Origin: Utricularia gibba
Lineage: Eukaryota > Plantae > Magnoliophyta
Reading direction: 5' to 3'
Length of the DNA: 29,320 nucleotides
Assembly: GCA_002189035.1 (NCBI GenBank)
Contig: NEEC01000115.1
Span: forward strand, 1 to 29,320
Shown here: positions 10,561-23,000 of the stretch, piece by piece
How positions within the stretch are numbered: position 1 is the stretch's first letter
How the letters are laid out: each line of letters starts with the position of its first letter
Position numbers and translations under genes: made by a program
Notes under the pieces: generated by a model
Told to the model about the DNA's origin: nothing
Seen by the model: the letters and a program-made list of their open reading frames with translations, nothing else
The model's database searches: none

Positions 10561-13500
10561 GGCGGCCAGTCTCGCTGGGAACTTGGTCCTTGACCCCGAA
10601 TGGCTCATGAGGTCAACCGGATGCAAATCGATTAAAAAAATGATGCCTTTGTTTAAATTACGATATCACGTGCACCCCACATGATTTTTTCAACAACTTA
10701 CTTTATACTTGAGGAGGCGGTCTTGGGGTGCACCTAGAACGGGACAAAGGTCAGGTTTGGCTTGCGCCGAGAGTTAGTTGTAGCTCGGAAATAAAGTGAT
10801 GTATTTATTAACGTTCAGACATGGTTTTTCAAGGAACAGCTTCTCGTTTTGTGGCGGCCAGTCTCGCTGGGAACTTGGTCCTTGACCCCGATTATGTATT
10901 GCTCATGAGGTCAACCGGATGCAAATTGATTAAAAAAATGATGCCTTTGTTTAAATTACGATATCACGTGCACCCCACATGATTTTTTCAACAACTTACT
11001 TTATACTTGAGGAGGCGGTCTTGGGGTGCACCTAGAACGGGACAAAGGTCAGGTTTGGCTTGCGCCGAGAGTTAGTTGTAGCTCGGCAAATAAAGTGATG
11101 TATTTATTAACGTTCAGTTTTGGGGGCTGCCTACATGGTTTTTCAAGGAACAGCTTCTCGTTTTGTGGCGGCCAGTCTCGCTGGGAACTTGGTCCTTGAC
11201 CCCGATTCTGTATGGCTCATGAGGTCAACCGGATGGAAATCGATTAAAAAAATGATGCCTTTGTTTAAATTACGATATCACGTGCACCCACATGATTTTT
11301 TCAACAACTTACTTTATACTTGAGGAGGCGGTCTTGGGGTGCACCTAGAACGGGACAAAGGTCAGGTTTGGCTTGCGCCGAGAGTTAGTTGTAGCTCGGC
11401 GTGATGTATTTATTAACGTTCAGTATGGTTTTTCTGGTGGCGGCCAGTCTCGCTGGGAACTTGGTCCTTGACCCCGATTCTGTATGGCTCATGAGGTCAA
11501 CCGGATGGCGATTAAAAAAATGATGCCTTTCTTTAAATTACGATATCACGTGCACCCCACATGATTTTTTCAACAACTTACTTTATACTTGAGGAGGCGG
11601 TCTTGGGGTGCACCTAGAACGGGACAAAGGTCAGGTTTGGCTTGCGCCGAGAGTTAGTTGTAGCTCGGCAAATAAAGTGATGTATTTATTAACGTTCAGT
11701 TTTCGGGGGCTGCCTACATGGTTTTTCAAGGAACAGCTTCTCGTTTTGTGGCGGCCAGTCTCGCTGGGAACTTGGTCCTTGACCCCGATTCTGTATGGCT
11801 CATGAGGTCAACCGGATGGAAATCGATTAAAAAAAATGATGCCTTTGTTTAAATTACGATATCACGTGCACCCCACATGATTTTTTCAACAACTTACTTT
11901 ATACTTGAGGAGGCGGTCTTGGGGTGCACCTAGAACGGGACAAAGGTCAGGTTTGGCTTGCGCCGAGAGTTAGTTGTAGCTCGGCAAATAAAGTGATGTA
12001 TTTATTAACGTTCAGTTTTTGGGGGCTGCCTACATGGTTTTTCAAGGAACAGCTTCTCGTTTTGTGGCGGCCAGTCTCGCTGGGAACTTGGTCCTTGACC
12101 CCGATTATGTATGCTCATGAGGTCAACCGGATGCAAATTTTGATGCTTTGTTTAAATTACGATATCACGTGCACCCACATGATTTTTTCAACAACTTACT
12201 TTATACTTGAGGAGGCGGTCTTGGGGTGCACCTAGAACGGGACAAAGGTCAGGTTTGGCTTGCGCCGAGAGTTAGTTGTAGCTCGGAAAATAAAGTGATG
12301 TATTTATTAACGTTCAGTTTTGGGGGCTGCCTACATGGTTTTTCAAGGAACAGCTTCTCGTTTTGTGGCGGCCAGTCTCGCTGGGAACTTGGTCCTTGAC
12401 CCCGATTCTGTATGGCTCATGAGGTCAACCGGATGGAAATCGATTCCTCGATATCACGTGCACCCCACATGATTTTTTCAACAACTTACTTTATACTTGA
12501 GGAGGCGGTCTTGGGTGCACCTAGAACGGGACAAAGGTCAGGTTTGGCTTGCGCCGAGAGTTAGTTGTAGCTCGGAAATAAAGTGATGTATTTATTAACG
12601 TTCAGTTTTTGGGGCTGCCTACATGGTTTTTCAAGGAACAGCTTCTCGTTTTGTGGCGGCCAGTCTCGCTGGGAACTTGGTCCTTGACCCCGATTCTGTA
12701 TGGCTCATGAGGTCAACCGGATGCAAATTTAATGATGCCTTTGTTTAAATTACGATATCACGTGCACCCACATGATGCCTTTTTAAGATCAGGTACTTAT
12801 CACGTGGTTTTTCACAGGTTTTGTGGCGGCCAGTCTCGCTGGGAACTTGGTCCTTGACCCCGATTTGTATGCTCATGAGGTCAACCGGATGCAAATACCT
12901 TTGTTTAAATTACGAGTGCACCCCACATGGAGGAGGCGGTCTTGGGGTGCACCTAGAACGGGACAAAGGTCAGGTTTGGCTTGCGCCGAGAGTTAGTTGT
13001 AGCTCGGAAATAAAGTGATGTATTTATTAACGTTCAGTTTTCGGGGGCTGCCTACATGGTTTTTCAAGGAACAGCTTCTCGTTTTGTGGCGGCCAGTCTC
13101 GCTGGGAACTTGGTCCTTGACCCCGATTCTCATGAGGTCAACCGGATGCAAATCGATTAAAAAAATGATGCCTTTGTTTAATTACGATATCACGTGCAGG
13201 AGGAGGCGGTCACCTACGGACAAAGGTCAGGTTTGGCTTGCGCCGAGAGTTAGTTGTAGCGGCAAATAAAGTGATGTATTTATTAACGTTCAGTTTTCGA
13301 CATGGTTTTTCAAGGAACAGCTTCTCGTTTTGTGGCGGCCAGTCTCGCTGGGAACTTGGTCCTTGACCCCGATTATGTATGGCTCATGAGGTCAACCGGA
13401 TGGAAATCGATTAAAGAAAATGATGCCTTTTTAAATTACGATATCACGTGCACCCCACATGATTTTTTCAACAACTTACTTTATACTTGAGGAGGCGGTC

Positions 13501-13953
13501 TTGGGGTGCACCTAGAACGGGACAAAGGTCAGGTTTGGCTTGCGCCGAGAGTTAGTTGTAGCTCGGTGCAAATAAAGTGATGTATTTATTAACGTTCAGT
13601 TTTCGGGGGCTGCCTACATGGTTTTTCAAGGAAAGCTTCTCGTTTTGTGGCGGCTACATTCTGGTCATTTTCAAGGAACGAGCACCCCACATGATTTTTT
13701 CAACAACTTACTTTATACTTGAGGCGGTCTTGGGTGTAGGCGGTCCAGAGTCGGCAAATAAAGTGATGTATTTATTAACGTTCAGTTTTCGGGGGCTGCC
13801 TACATGGTTTTTCAAGGAACAGCTTCTCGTTTTGTGGCGGCCAGTCTCGCTGGGAACTTGGTCCTTGACCCGATTATGTATGCTCATGAGGTCAACCGGA
13901 TGCAAATTGATTAAAAAAAATGATGCCTTTGTTTAAATTACGATATCACGTGC
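10561..13953 (+). repeat. Mixed zone: mostly intact units with scrambled patches (about 11395-11440, 12770-12930, 13195-13220, 13640-13750)
   Basis: Full units alternate with local deletions. Both C and T forms of unit position 116 occur. Confidence 0.8.
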
Positions 13954-14018
13954 AGGTCAACCGGATGCAAATCGATTAAAGAAAATGATGCCTTTGTTTA
14001 AATTACGATATCACGTGC
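13889..14018 (+). repeat. Out-of-register junction: 65-bp segment present twice in tandem (equivalently a ~250-bp deletion between two units)
   Basis: AGGTCAACC...CACGTGC at 13889-13953 and again at 13954-14018. The copies differ (ATTG/AAAAAAAA vs ATCG/AAAGAAAA). Confidence 0.85.
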
Positions 14019-17000
14019 ACCCACATGATTTTTTCAACAACTTACTTTATACTTGAGGAGGCGGTCTTGGGGTGCACCTAGAACGGGAAAGGTCAGGTTT
14101 GGCTTGCGCGAGAGTTAGTTGTAGCTCGGAAATAAAGTGATGTATTTATTAACGTTCAGTTTTGGGGGGCTGCCTACATGGTTTTTCAAGGAACAGCTTC
14201 TCGTTTTGTGGCGGCCAGTCTCGCTGGGAACTTGGTCCTTGACCCCGATTATGTATTGCTCATGAGGTCAACCGGATGCAAATCGATTAAAAAAAAATGA
14301 TGCCTTTGTTTAAATTACGATATCACGTGCACCCACATGATTTTTTCAACAACTTACTTTATACTTGAGGAGGCGGTCTTGGGTGCACCTAGAACGGGAC
14401 AAAGGTCAGGTTTGGCTTGCGCCGAGAGTTAGTTGTAGCTCGGAAAATAAAGTGATGTATTTATTAACGTTCAGTTTTTGGGGGCTGCCTACATGGTTTT
14501 TCAAGGAACAGCTTCTCGTTTTGTGGCGGCCAGTCTCGCTGGGAACTTGGTCCTTGACCCGATTCTGTATGGCTCATGAGGTCAACCGGATGCAAATTGA
14601 TTAAAAAAAAATGATGCCTTGTTTAAATTACGATATCACGTGCACCCACATGATTTTTTCAACAACTTACTTTATACTTGAGGAGGCGGTCTTGGGGTGC
14701 ACCTAGAACGGGACAAAGGTCAGGTTTGGCTTGCGCCGAGAGTTAGTTGTAGCTCGGAAAAAAAGTGATGTATTTATTAACGTTCAGTTTTGGGGGCTGC
14801 CTACATGGTTTTTCAAGGAACAGCTTCTCGTTTTGTGGCGGCCAGTCTCGCTGGGAACTTGGTCCTTGACCCCGATTCTGTATGGCTCATGAGGTCAACC
14901 GGATGCAAATCGATTAAAAAAATGATGCTTTGTTTAAATTACGATATCACGTGCACCCCACATGATTTTTTCAACAACTTACTTTATACTTGAGGAGGCG
15001 GTCTTGGGGTGCACCTAGAACGGGACAAAGGTCAGGTTTGGCTTGCGCCGAGAGTTAGTTGTAGCTCGGCAAATAAAGTGATGTATTTATTAACGTTCAG
15101 TTTTTGGGGGCTGCCTACATGGTTTTTCAAGGAACAGCTTCTCGTTTTGTGGCGGCCAGTCTCGCTGGGAACTTGGTCCTTGACCCGATTATGTATGGCT
15201 CATGAGGTCAACCGGATGGAAATCGATTAAAAAAATGATGCCTTTGTTTAAATTACGATATCACGTGCACCCCACATGATTTTTTCAACAACTTGCTTTA
15301 TACTTGAGGAGGCGGTCTTGGGGTGCACCTAGAACGGGACAAAGGTCAGGTTTGGCTTGCGCCGAGAGTTAGTTGTAGCTCGGAAAATAAAGTGATGTAT
15401 TTATTAACGTTCAGTTTTGGGGGCTGCCTACATGGTTTTTCAAGGAACAGCTTCTCGTTTTGTGGCGGCCAGTCTCGCTGGGAACTTGGTCCTTGACCCC
15501 GATTCTGTATGGCTCATGAGGTCAACCGGATGCAAATCGATTAAAGAAAATGATGCTTTTGTTTAAATTACGATATCACGTGCACCCACATGATTTTTTC
15601 AACAACTTACTTTATACTTGAGGAGGCGGTCTTGGGGTGCACCTGAACGGGACAAAGGTCAGGTTTGGCTTGCGCCGAGAGTTAGTTGTAGCTCGGAAAT
15701 AAAGTGATGTATTTATTAACGTTCAGTTTTTGGGGGCTGCCTACATGGTTTTTTCAAGGAACAGCTTCTCGTTTTGTGGCGGCCAGTCTCGCTGGGAACT
15801 TGGTCCTTGACCCGATTCTGTATGGCTCATGAGGTCAACCGGATGCAAATTGATTAAAAAATGATGCCTTTGTTTAAATTACGATATCACGTGCACCCAC
15901 ATGATTTTTTCAACAACTTACTTTATACTTGAGGAGGCGGTCTTGGGGTGCACCTAGAACGGGACAAAGGTCAGGTTTGGCTTGCGCCGAGAGTTAGTTG
16001 TAGCTCGGAAAATAAAGTGATGTATTTATTAACGTTCAGTTTTGGGGGGCCTACATGGTTTTTCAAGGAACAGCTTCTCGTTTTGTGGCGGCCAGTCTCG
16101 CTGGGAACTTGGTCCTTGACCCGATTCTGTATGCTCATGAGGTCAACCGGATGCAAATTGATTAAAAAAAATGATGCCTTTGTTTAAATTACGATATCAC
16201 GTGCACCCACATGATTTTTCAACAACTTACTTTATACTTGAGGAGGCGGTCTTGGGGTGCACCTAGAACGGGACAAAGGTCAGGTTTGGCTTGCGCCGAG
16301 AGTTAGTTGTAGCTCGGAAATAAAGTGATGTATTTATTAACGTTCAGTTTTTGGGGGCTGCCTACATGGTTTTTCAAGGAACAGCTTCTCGTTTTGTGGC
16401 GGCCAGTCTCGCTGGGAACTTGGTCCTTGACCCCGATTCTGTATGGCTCATGAGGTCAACCGGATGCAAATCGATTAAAGAAAATGATGCTTTCTTTTAA
16501 ATTACGATATCACGTGCACCCCAATGATTTTTTCAACAACTTGCTTTATACTTGAGGAGGCGGTCTTGGGGTGCACCTAGAAACGGGACAAAGGTCAGGT
16601 TTGGCTTGCGCCGAGAGTTAGTTGTAGCTCGGAAAATAAAGTGATGTATTTATTAACGTTCAGTTTTTGGGGGCTGCCTACATGGTTTTTCAAGGAACAG
16701 CTTCTCGTTTTGTGGCGGCCAGTCTCGCTGGGAACTTGGTCCTTGACCGATTATGTATTGCTCATGAGGTCAACCGGATGCAAATTGATTAAAAAAAATG
16801 ATGCCTTTGTTTAAATTACGATATCACGTGCACCCACATGATTTTTTCAACAACTTACTTTATACTTGAGGAGGCGGTCTTGGGGCACCTAGAACGGGAC
16901 AAAGGTCAGGTTTGGCTTGCGCCGAGAGTTAGTTGTAGCTCGGAAAATAAAGTGATGTATTTATTAACGTTCAGTTTTGGGGGGCTGCCTACATGGTTTT

Positions 17001-20000
17001 TCAAGGAACAGCTTCTCGTTTTGTGGCGGCCAGTCTCGCTGGGAACTTGGTCCTTGACCCCGATTCTGTATGGCTCATGAGGTCAACGGATGCAAATTGA
17101 TTAAAAAAAAATGATGCCTTTGTTTAAATTACGATATCACGTGCACCCCACATGATTTTTTACAACTTTTTATACTTGAGGAGGCGGTCTTGGGGTGCAC
17201 CTGAACGGGACAAAGGTCAGGTTTGGCTTGCGCCGAGAGTTAGTTGTAGCTCGGAAAATAAAGTGATGTATTTATTAACGTTCAGTTTTGGGGGCTGCCT
17301 ACATGGTTTTTCAAGGAACAGCTTCTCGTTTTGTGGCGGCCAGTCTCGCTGGGAACTTGGTCCTTGACCCCGATTCTGTATTGCTCATGAGGTCAACCGG
17401 ATGCAAATCGATTAAAAAATGATGCCTTTGTTTAAATTACGATATCACGTGCACCCCACATGATTTTTTCAACAACTTACTTTATACTTGAGGAGGCGGT
17501 CTTGGGGTGCACCTAGAACGGGACAAAGGTCAGGTTTGGCTTGCGCCGAGAGTTAGTTGTAGCTCGGAAATAAAGTGATGTATTTATTAACGTTCAGTTT
17601 TTGGGGGCTGCCTACATGGTTTTTCAAGGAAGCTTCTCGTTTTGTGGCGGCCAGTCTCGCTGGGAACTTGGTCCTTGACCCGATTCTGTATGGCTCATGA
17701 GGTCAACCGGATGGAAATCGATTAAAAAAATGATGCCTTTCTTTAAATTACGATATCACGTGCACCCATGATTTTTTCAACAACTTACTTTATACTTGAG
17801 GAGGCGGTCTTGGGTGCACCTAGAACGGGACAAAGGTCAGGTTTGGCTTGCGCCGAGAGTTAGTTGTAGCTCGGAAATAAAGTGATGTATTTATTAACGT
17901 TCAGTTTTGGGGGCTGCCTACATGGTTTTTCAAGGAACAGCTTCTCGTTTTGTGGCGGCCAGTCTCGCTGGGAACTTGGTCCTTGACCCGATTCTGTATG
18001 CTCATGAGGTCAACCGGATGCAAATCGATTAAAAAAATGATGCCTTTGTTTAAATTACGATATCACGTGCACCCATGATTTTTTCAACAACTTACTTTAT
18101 ACTTGAGGAGGCGGTCTTGGGGTGCACCTAGAACGGGACAAAGGTCAGGTTTGGCTTGCGCGAGAGTTAGTTGTAGCTCGGCAATAAAGTGATGTATTTA
18201 TTAACGTTCAGTTTTTGGGGGCTGCCTACATGGTTTTTCAAGGAACAGCTTCTCGTTTTGTGGCGGCCAGTCTCGCTGGGAAGGTCCTTGACCCGATTCT
18301 GTATGGCTCATGAGGTCAACCGGATGCAAATCGATTAAAAAATGATGCCTTTGTTTAAATTACGATATCACGTGCACCCACATGATTTTTTCAACAACTT
18401 ACTTTATACTTGCGGTCTTGGGGTGCACCTAGAACGGGACAAAGGTCAGGTTTGGCTTGCGCCGAGAGTTAGTTGTAGCTCGGAAAATAAAGTGATGTAT
18501 TTATTAACGTTCAGTTTTGGGGCTGCCTACATGGTTTTTCAAGGAACAGCTTCTCGTTTTGTGGCGGCCAGTCTCGCTGGGAACTTGGTCCTTGACCCGA
18601 TTATGTATGCTCATGAGGTCAACCGGATGCAAATTGATTAAAAAAAATGATGCCTTTGTTTAAATTACGATATCACGTGCACCCCACATGATTTTTTCAA
18701 CAACTTACTTTATACTTGAGAGGCGGTCTTGGGGTGCACCTAGAACGGGACAAAGGTCAGGTTTGGCTTGCGCCGAGAGTTAGTTGTAGCTCGGAAAATA
18801 AAGTGATGTATTTATTAACGTTCAGTTTTTGGGGGCTGCCTACATGGTTTTTCAAGGAACAGCTTCTCGTTTTGTGGCGGCCAGTCTCGCTGGGAACTTG
18901 GTCCTTGACCCCGATTGTATGCTCATGAGGTCAACCGGATGCAAATTGATTAAAAAAATGATGCTTTGTTTTAAATTACGATATCACGTGCACCCCACAT
19001 GATTTTTTCAAACAACTTACTTTATACTTGAGGAGGCGGTCTTGGGGTGCACCTAGAACGGGACAAAGGTCAGGTTTGGCTTGCGCCGAGAGTTAGTTGT
19101 AGCTCGGAAAATAAAGTGATGTATTTATTAACGTTCAGTTTTGGGGCTGCCTACATGGTTTTTCAAGGAACAGCTTCTCGTTTTTGTGGCGGCCAGTCTC
19201 GCTGGGAACTTGGTCCTTGACCCGATTCTGTATGGCTCATGAGGTCAACCGGATGGAAATCGATTAAAGAAAATGATGCTTTGTTTAAATTACGATATCA
19301 CGTGCACCACATGATTTTTTCAACAACTTACTTTATACTTGAGGAGGCGGTCTTGGGGTGCACCTAGAACGGGACAAAGGTCAGGTTTGGCTTGCGCCGA
19401 GAGTTAGTTGTAGCTCGGAAAATAAAGTGATGTATTTATTAACGTTCAGTTTTTGGGGGGCTGCCTACATGGTTTTTCAAGGAACAGCTTCTCGTTTTGT
19501 GGCGGCCAGTCTCGCTGGGAACTTGGTCCTTGACCGATTGTATGGCTCATGAGGTCAACCGGATGCAAATGATTAAAAAAATGATGCCTTTGTTTAAATT
19601 ACGATATCACGTGCACCCCACATGATTTTTTCAACAACTTACTTTATACTTGAGGAGGCGGTCTTGGGGTGCACCTAGAACGGGACAAAGGTCAGGTTTG
19701 GCTTGCGCGAGAGTTAGTTGTAGCTCGGAAAATAAAGTGATGTATTTATTAACGTTCAGTTTTTGGGGGCTGCCTACATGGTTTTTCAAGGAACAGCTTC
19801 TCGTTTTGTGGCGGCCAGTCTCGCTGGGAACTTGGTCTTGACCCCGATTCTGTATGGCTCATGAGGTCAACCGGATGCAAATCGATTAAAAAAATGATGC
19901 CTTTGTTTAAATTACGATATCACGTGCCCCACATGATTTTTTCAACAACTTACTTTATACTTGAGGAGGCGGTCTTGGGGTGCACCTAGAACGGGACAAA

Positions 20001-23000
20001 GGTCAGGTTTGGCTTGCGCCGAGAGTTAGTTGTAGCTCGGAAATAAAGTGATGTATTTATTAACGTTCAGTTTTGGGGGGCTGCCTACATGGTTTTTCAA
20101 GGAACAGCTTCTCGTTTTGTGGCGGCCAGTCTCGCTGGGAACTTGGTCCTTGACCCCGATTCTGTATGGCTCATGAGGTCAACCGGATGCAAATCGATTA
20201 AAAAAATGATGCCTTTGTTTAAATTACGATATCACGTGCACCCCACATGATTTTTTCAACAACTTACTTTATACTTGAGGAGGCGGTCTTGGGGTGCACC
20301 TAGAACGGGACAAAGGTCAGGTTTGGCTTGCGCCGAGAGTTAGTTGTAGCTCGGAAAATAAAGTGATGTATTTATTAACGTTCAGTTTTGGGGGGCTGCC
20401 TACATGGTTTTTCAAGGAACAGCTTCTCGTTTTGTGGCGGCCAGTCTCGCTGGGAACTTGGTCCTTGACCCGATTATGTATGCTCATGAGGTCAACCGGA
20501 TGGATTAAAAAAAATGATGCCTTTTTAAATTACGATATCACGTGCACCCACATGATTTTTCAACAACTTACTTTATACTTGAGGAGGCGGTCTTGGGGTG
20601 CACCTAGAACGGGACAAAGGTCAGGTTTGGCTTGCGCCGAGAGTTAGTTGTAGCTCGGCAAATAAAGTGATGTATTTATTAACGTTCAGTTTTACATGGT
20701 TTTTCAAGGAACAGCTTCTCGTTTTGTGGCGGCCAGTCTCGCTGGAACTTGGTCCTTGACCCGATTATGTATGCTCATGAGGTCAACCGGATGCAAATCG
20801 ATTAAAAAAATGATGCCTTTTTAAATTACGATATCACGTGCACCCCACATGATTTTTTCAACAACTTACTTTATACTTGAGGAGGCGGTCTTGGGGTGCA
20901 CCTGAACGGGACAAAGGTCAGGTTTGGCTTGCGCCGAGAGTTAGTTGTAGCTCGGAAAATAAAGTGATGTATTTATTAACGTTCAGTTTTGGGGGGCTGC
21001 CTACATGGTTTTTCAAGGAACAGCTTCTCGTTTTGTGGCGGCCAGTCTCGCTGGGAACTTGGTCCTTGACCCCGATTCTGTATGGCTCATGAGGTCAACC
21101 GGATGCAAATCGATTAAAAAAATGATGCCTTTGTTTAAATTACGCCCACATGATTTTTTCAACAACTTACTTTATACTTGAGGAGGCGGTCTTGGGGTGC
21201 ACCTAGAACGGGACAAAGGTCAGGTTTGGCTTGCGCCGAGAGTTAGTTGTAGCTCGGAAATAAAGTGATGTATTTATTAACGTTCAGTTTTGGGGGCTGC
21301 CTACATGGTTTTTCAAGGAACAGCTTCTCGTTTTGTGGCGGCCAGTCTCGCTGGGAACTTGGTCCTTGACCCGATTCTGTATGGCTCATGAGGTCAACCG
21401 GATGCAAATCGATTAAAAAAATGATGCCTTTTTTAAATTACGATATCACGTGCACCCACATGATTTTTTCAACAACTTACTTTATACTTGAGGAGGGGTC
21501 TTGGGGTGCACCTAGAACGGGACAAAGGTCAGGTTTGGCTTGCGGAGTTAGTTGTAGCTCGGAAATAAAGTGATGTATTTATTAACGTTCAGTTTTTGGG
21601 GGCTTACATGGTTTTCAAGCTTCTCGTTTTGTGGCGGCCAGTCTCGCTGGGAACTTGGTCTTGACCCCGATTATGTATGGCTCATGAGGTCAACCGGATG
21701 CAAATCGATTAAAAAAAATGATGCTTTGTTTAAATTACGATATCACGTGCACCCACATGATTTTTTCAACAACTTACTTTATACTTGAGGAGGCGGTCTT
21801 GGGGTGCACCTAGAACGGGACAAAGGTCAGGTTTGGCTTGCGCCGAGAGTTAGTTGTAGCTCGGAAAATAAAGTGATGTATTTATTAACGTTCAGTTTTT
21901 GCCTACATGGTTTTTCAAGGAACAGCTTCTCGTTTTGTGGCGGCCAGTCTCGCTGGGAACTTGGTCCTTGACCCGATTCTGTATGGCTCATGAGGTCAAC
22001 CGGATGCAAATCGATTAAAGAAAATGATGCCTTTGTTTAAATTACGATATCACGTGCACCCCACATGATTTTTTCAACAACTTACTTTATACTTGAGGAG
22101 GCGGTCTTGGGGCACCTAGAACGGGACAAAGGTCAGGTTTGGCTTGCGCCGAGAGTTAGTTGTAGCTCGGAAATAAAGTGATGTATTTATTAACGTTCAG
22201 TTTTTGGGGGCTGCCTACATGGTTTTTCAAGGAACAGCTTCTCGTTTTGTGGCGGCCAGTCTCGCTGGGAACTTGGTCCTTGACCCCGATTATGTATGCT
22301 CATGAGGTCAACCGGATGCAAATCGATTAAAAAAATGATGCTTTTTTAAATTACGATATCACGTGCACCCCACATGATTTTTTCAACAACTTACTTTATA
22401 CTTGAGGAGGCGGTCTTGGGGTGCACCTAGAACGGGACAAAGGTCAGGTTTGGCTTGCGAGAGTTAGTTGTAGCTCGGAAATAAAAGTGATGTATTTATT
22501 AACGTTCAGTTTTGGGGGCTGCCTACATGGTTTTTCAAGGAACAGCTTCTCGTTTTGTGGCGGCCAGTCTCGCTGGGAACTTGGTCCTTGACCCCGATTA
22601 TGTATGGCTCATGAGGTCAACCGGATGGAAATCGATTAAAGAAAATGATGCCTTTGTTTAAATTACGATATCACGTGCACCCCACATGATTTTTCAACAA
22701 CTTACTTTATACTTGAGGAGGCGGTCTTGGGGTGCACCTAGAACGGGACAAAGGTCAGGTTTGGCTTGCGCGAGAGTTAGTTGTAGCTCGGAAAATAAAG
22801 TGATGTATTTATTAACGTTCAGTTTTGGGGGCTGCCTACATGGTTTTTCAAGGAACAGCTTCTCGTTTTGTGGCGGCCAGTCTCGCTGGGAACTTGGTCC
22901 TTGACCCCGATTCTGTATGGCTCATGAGGTCAACCGGATGCAAATCGATTAAAAAAAATGATGCCTTTTTAAATTACGATATCACGTGCACCCACATGAT

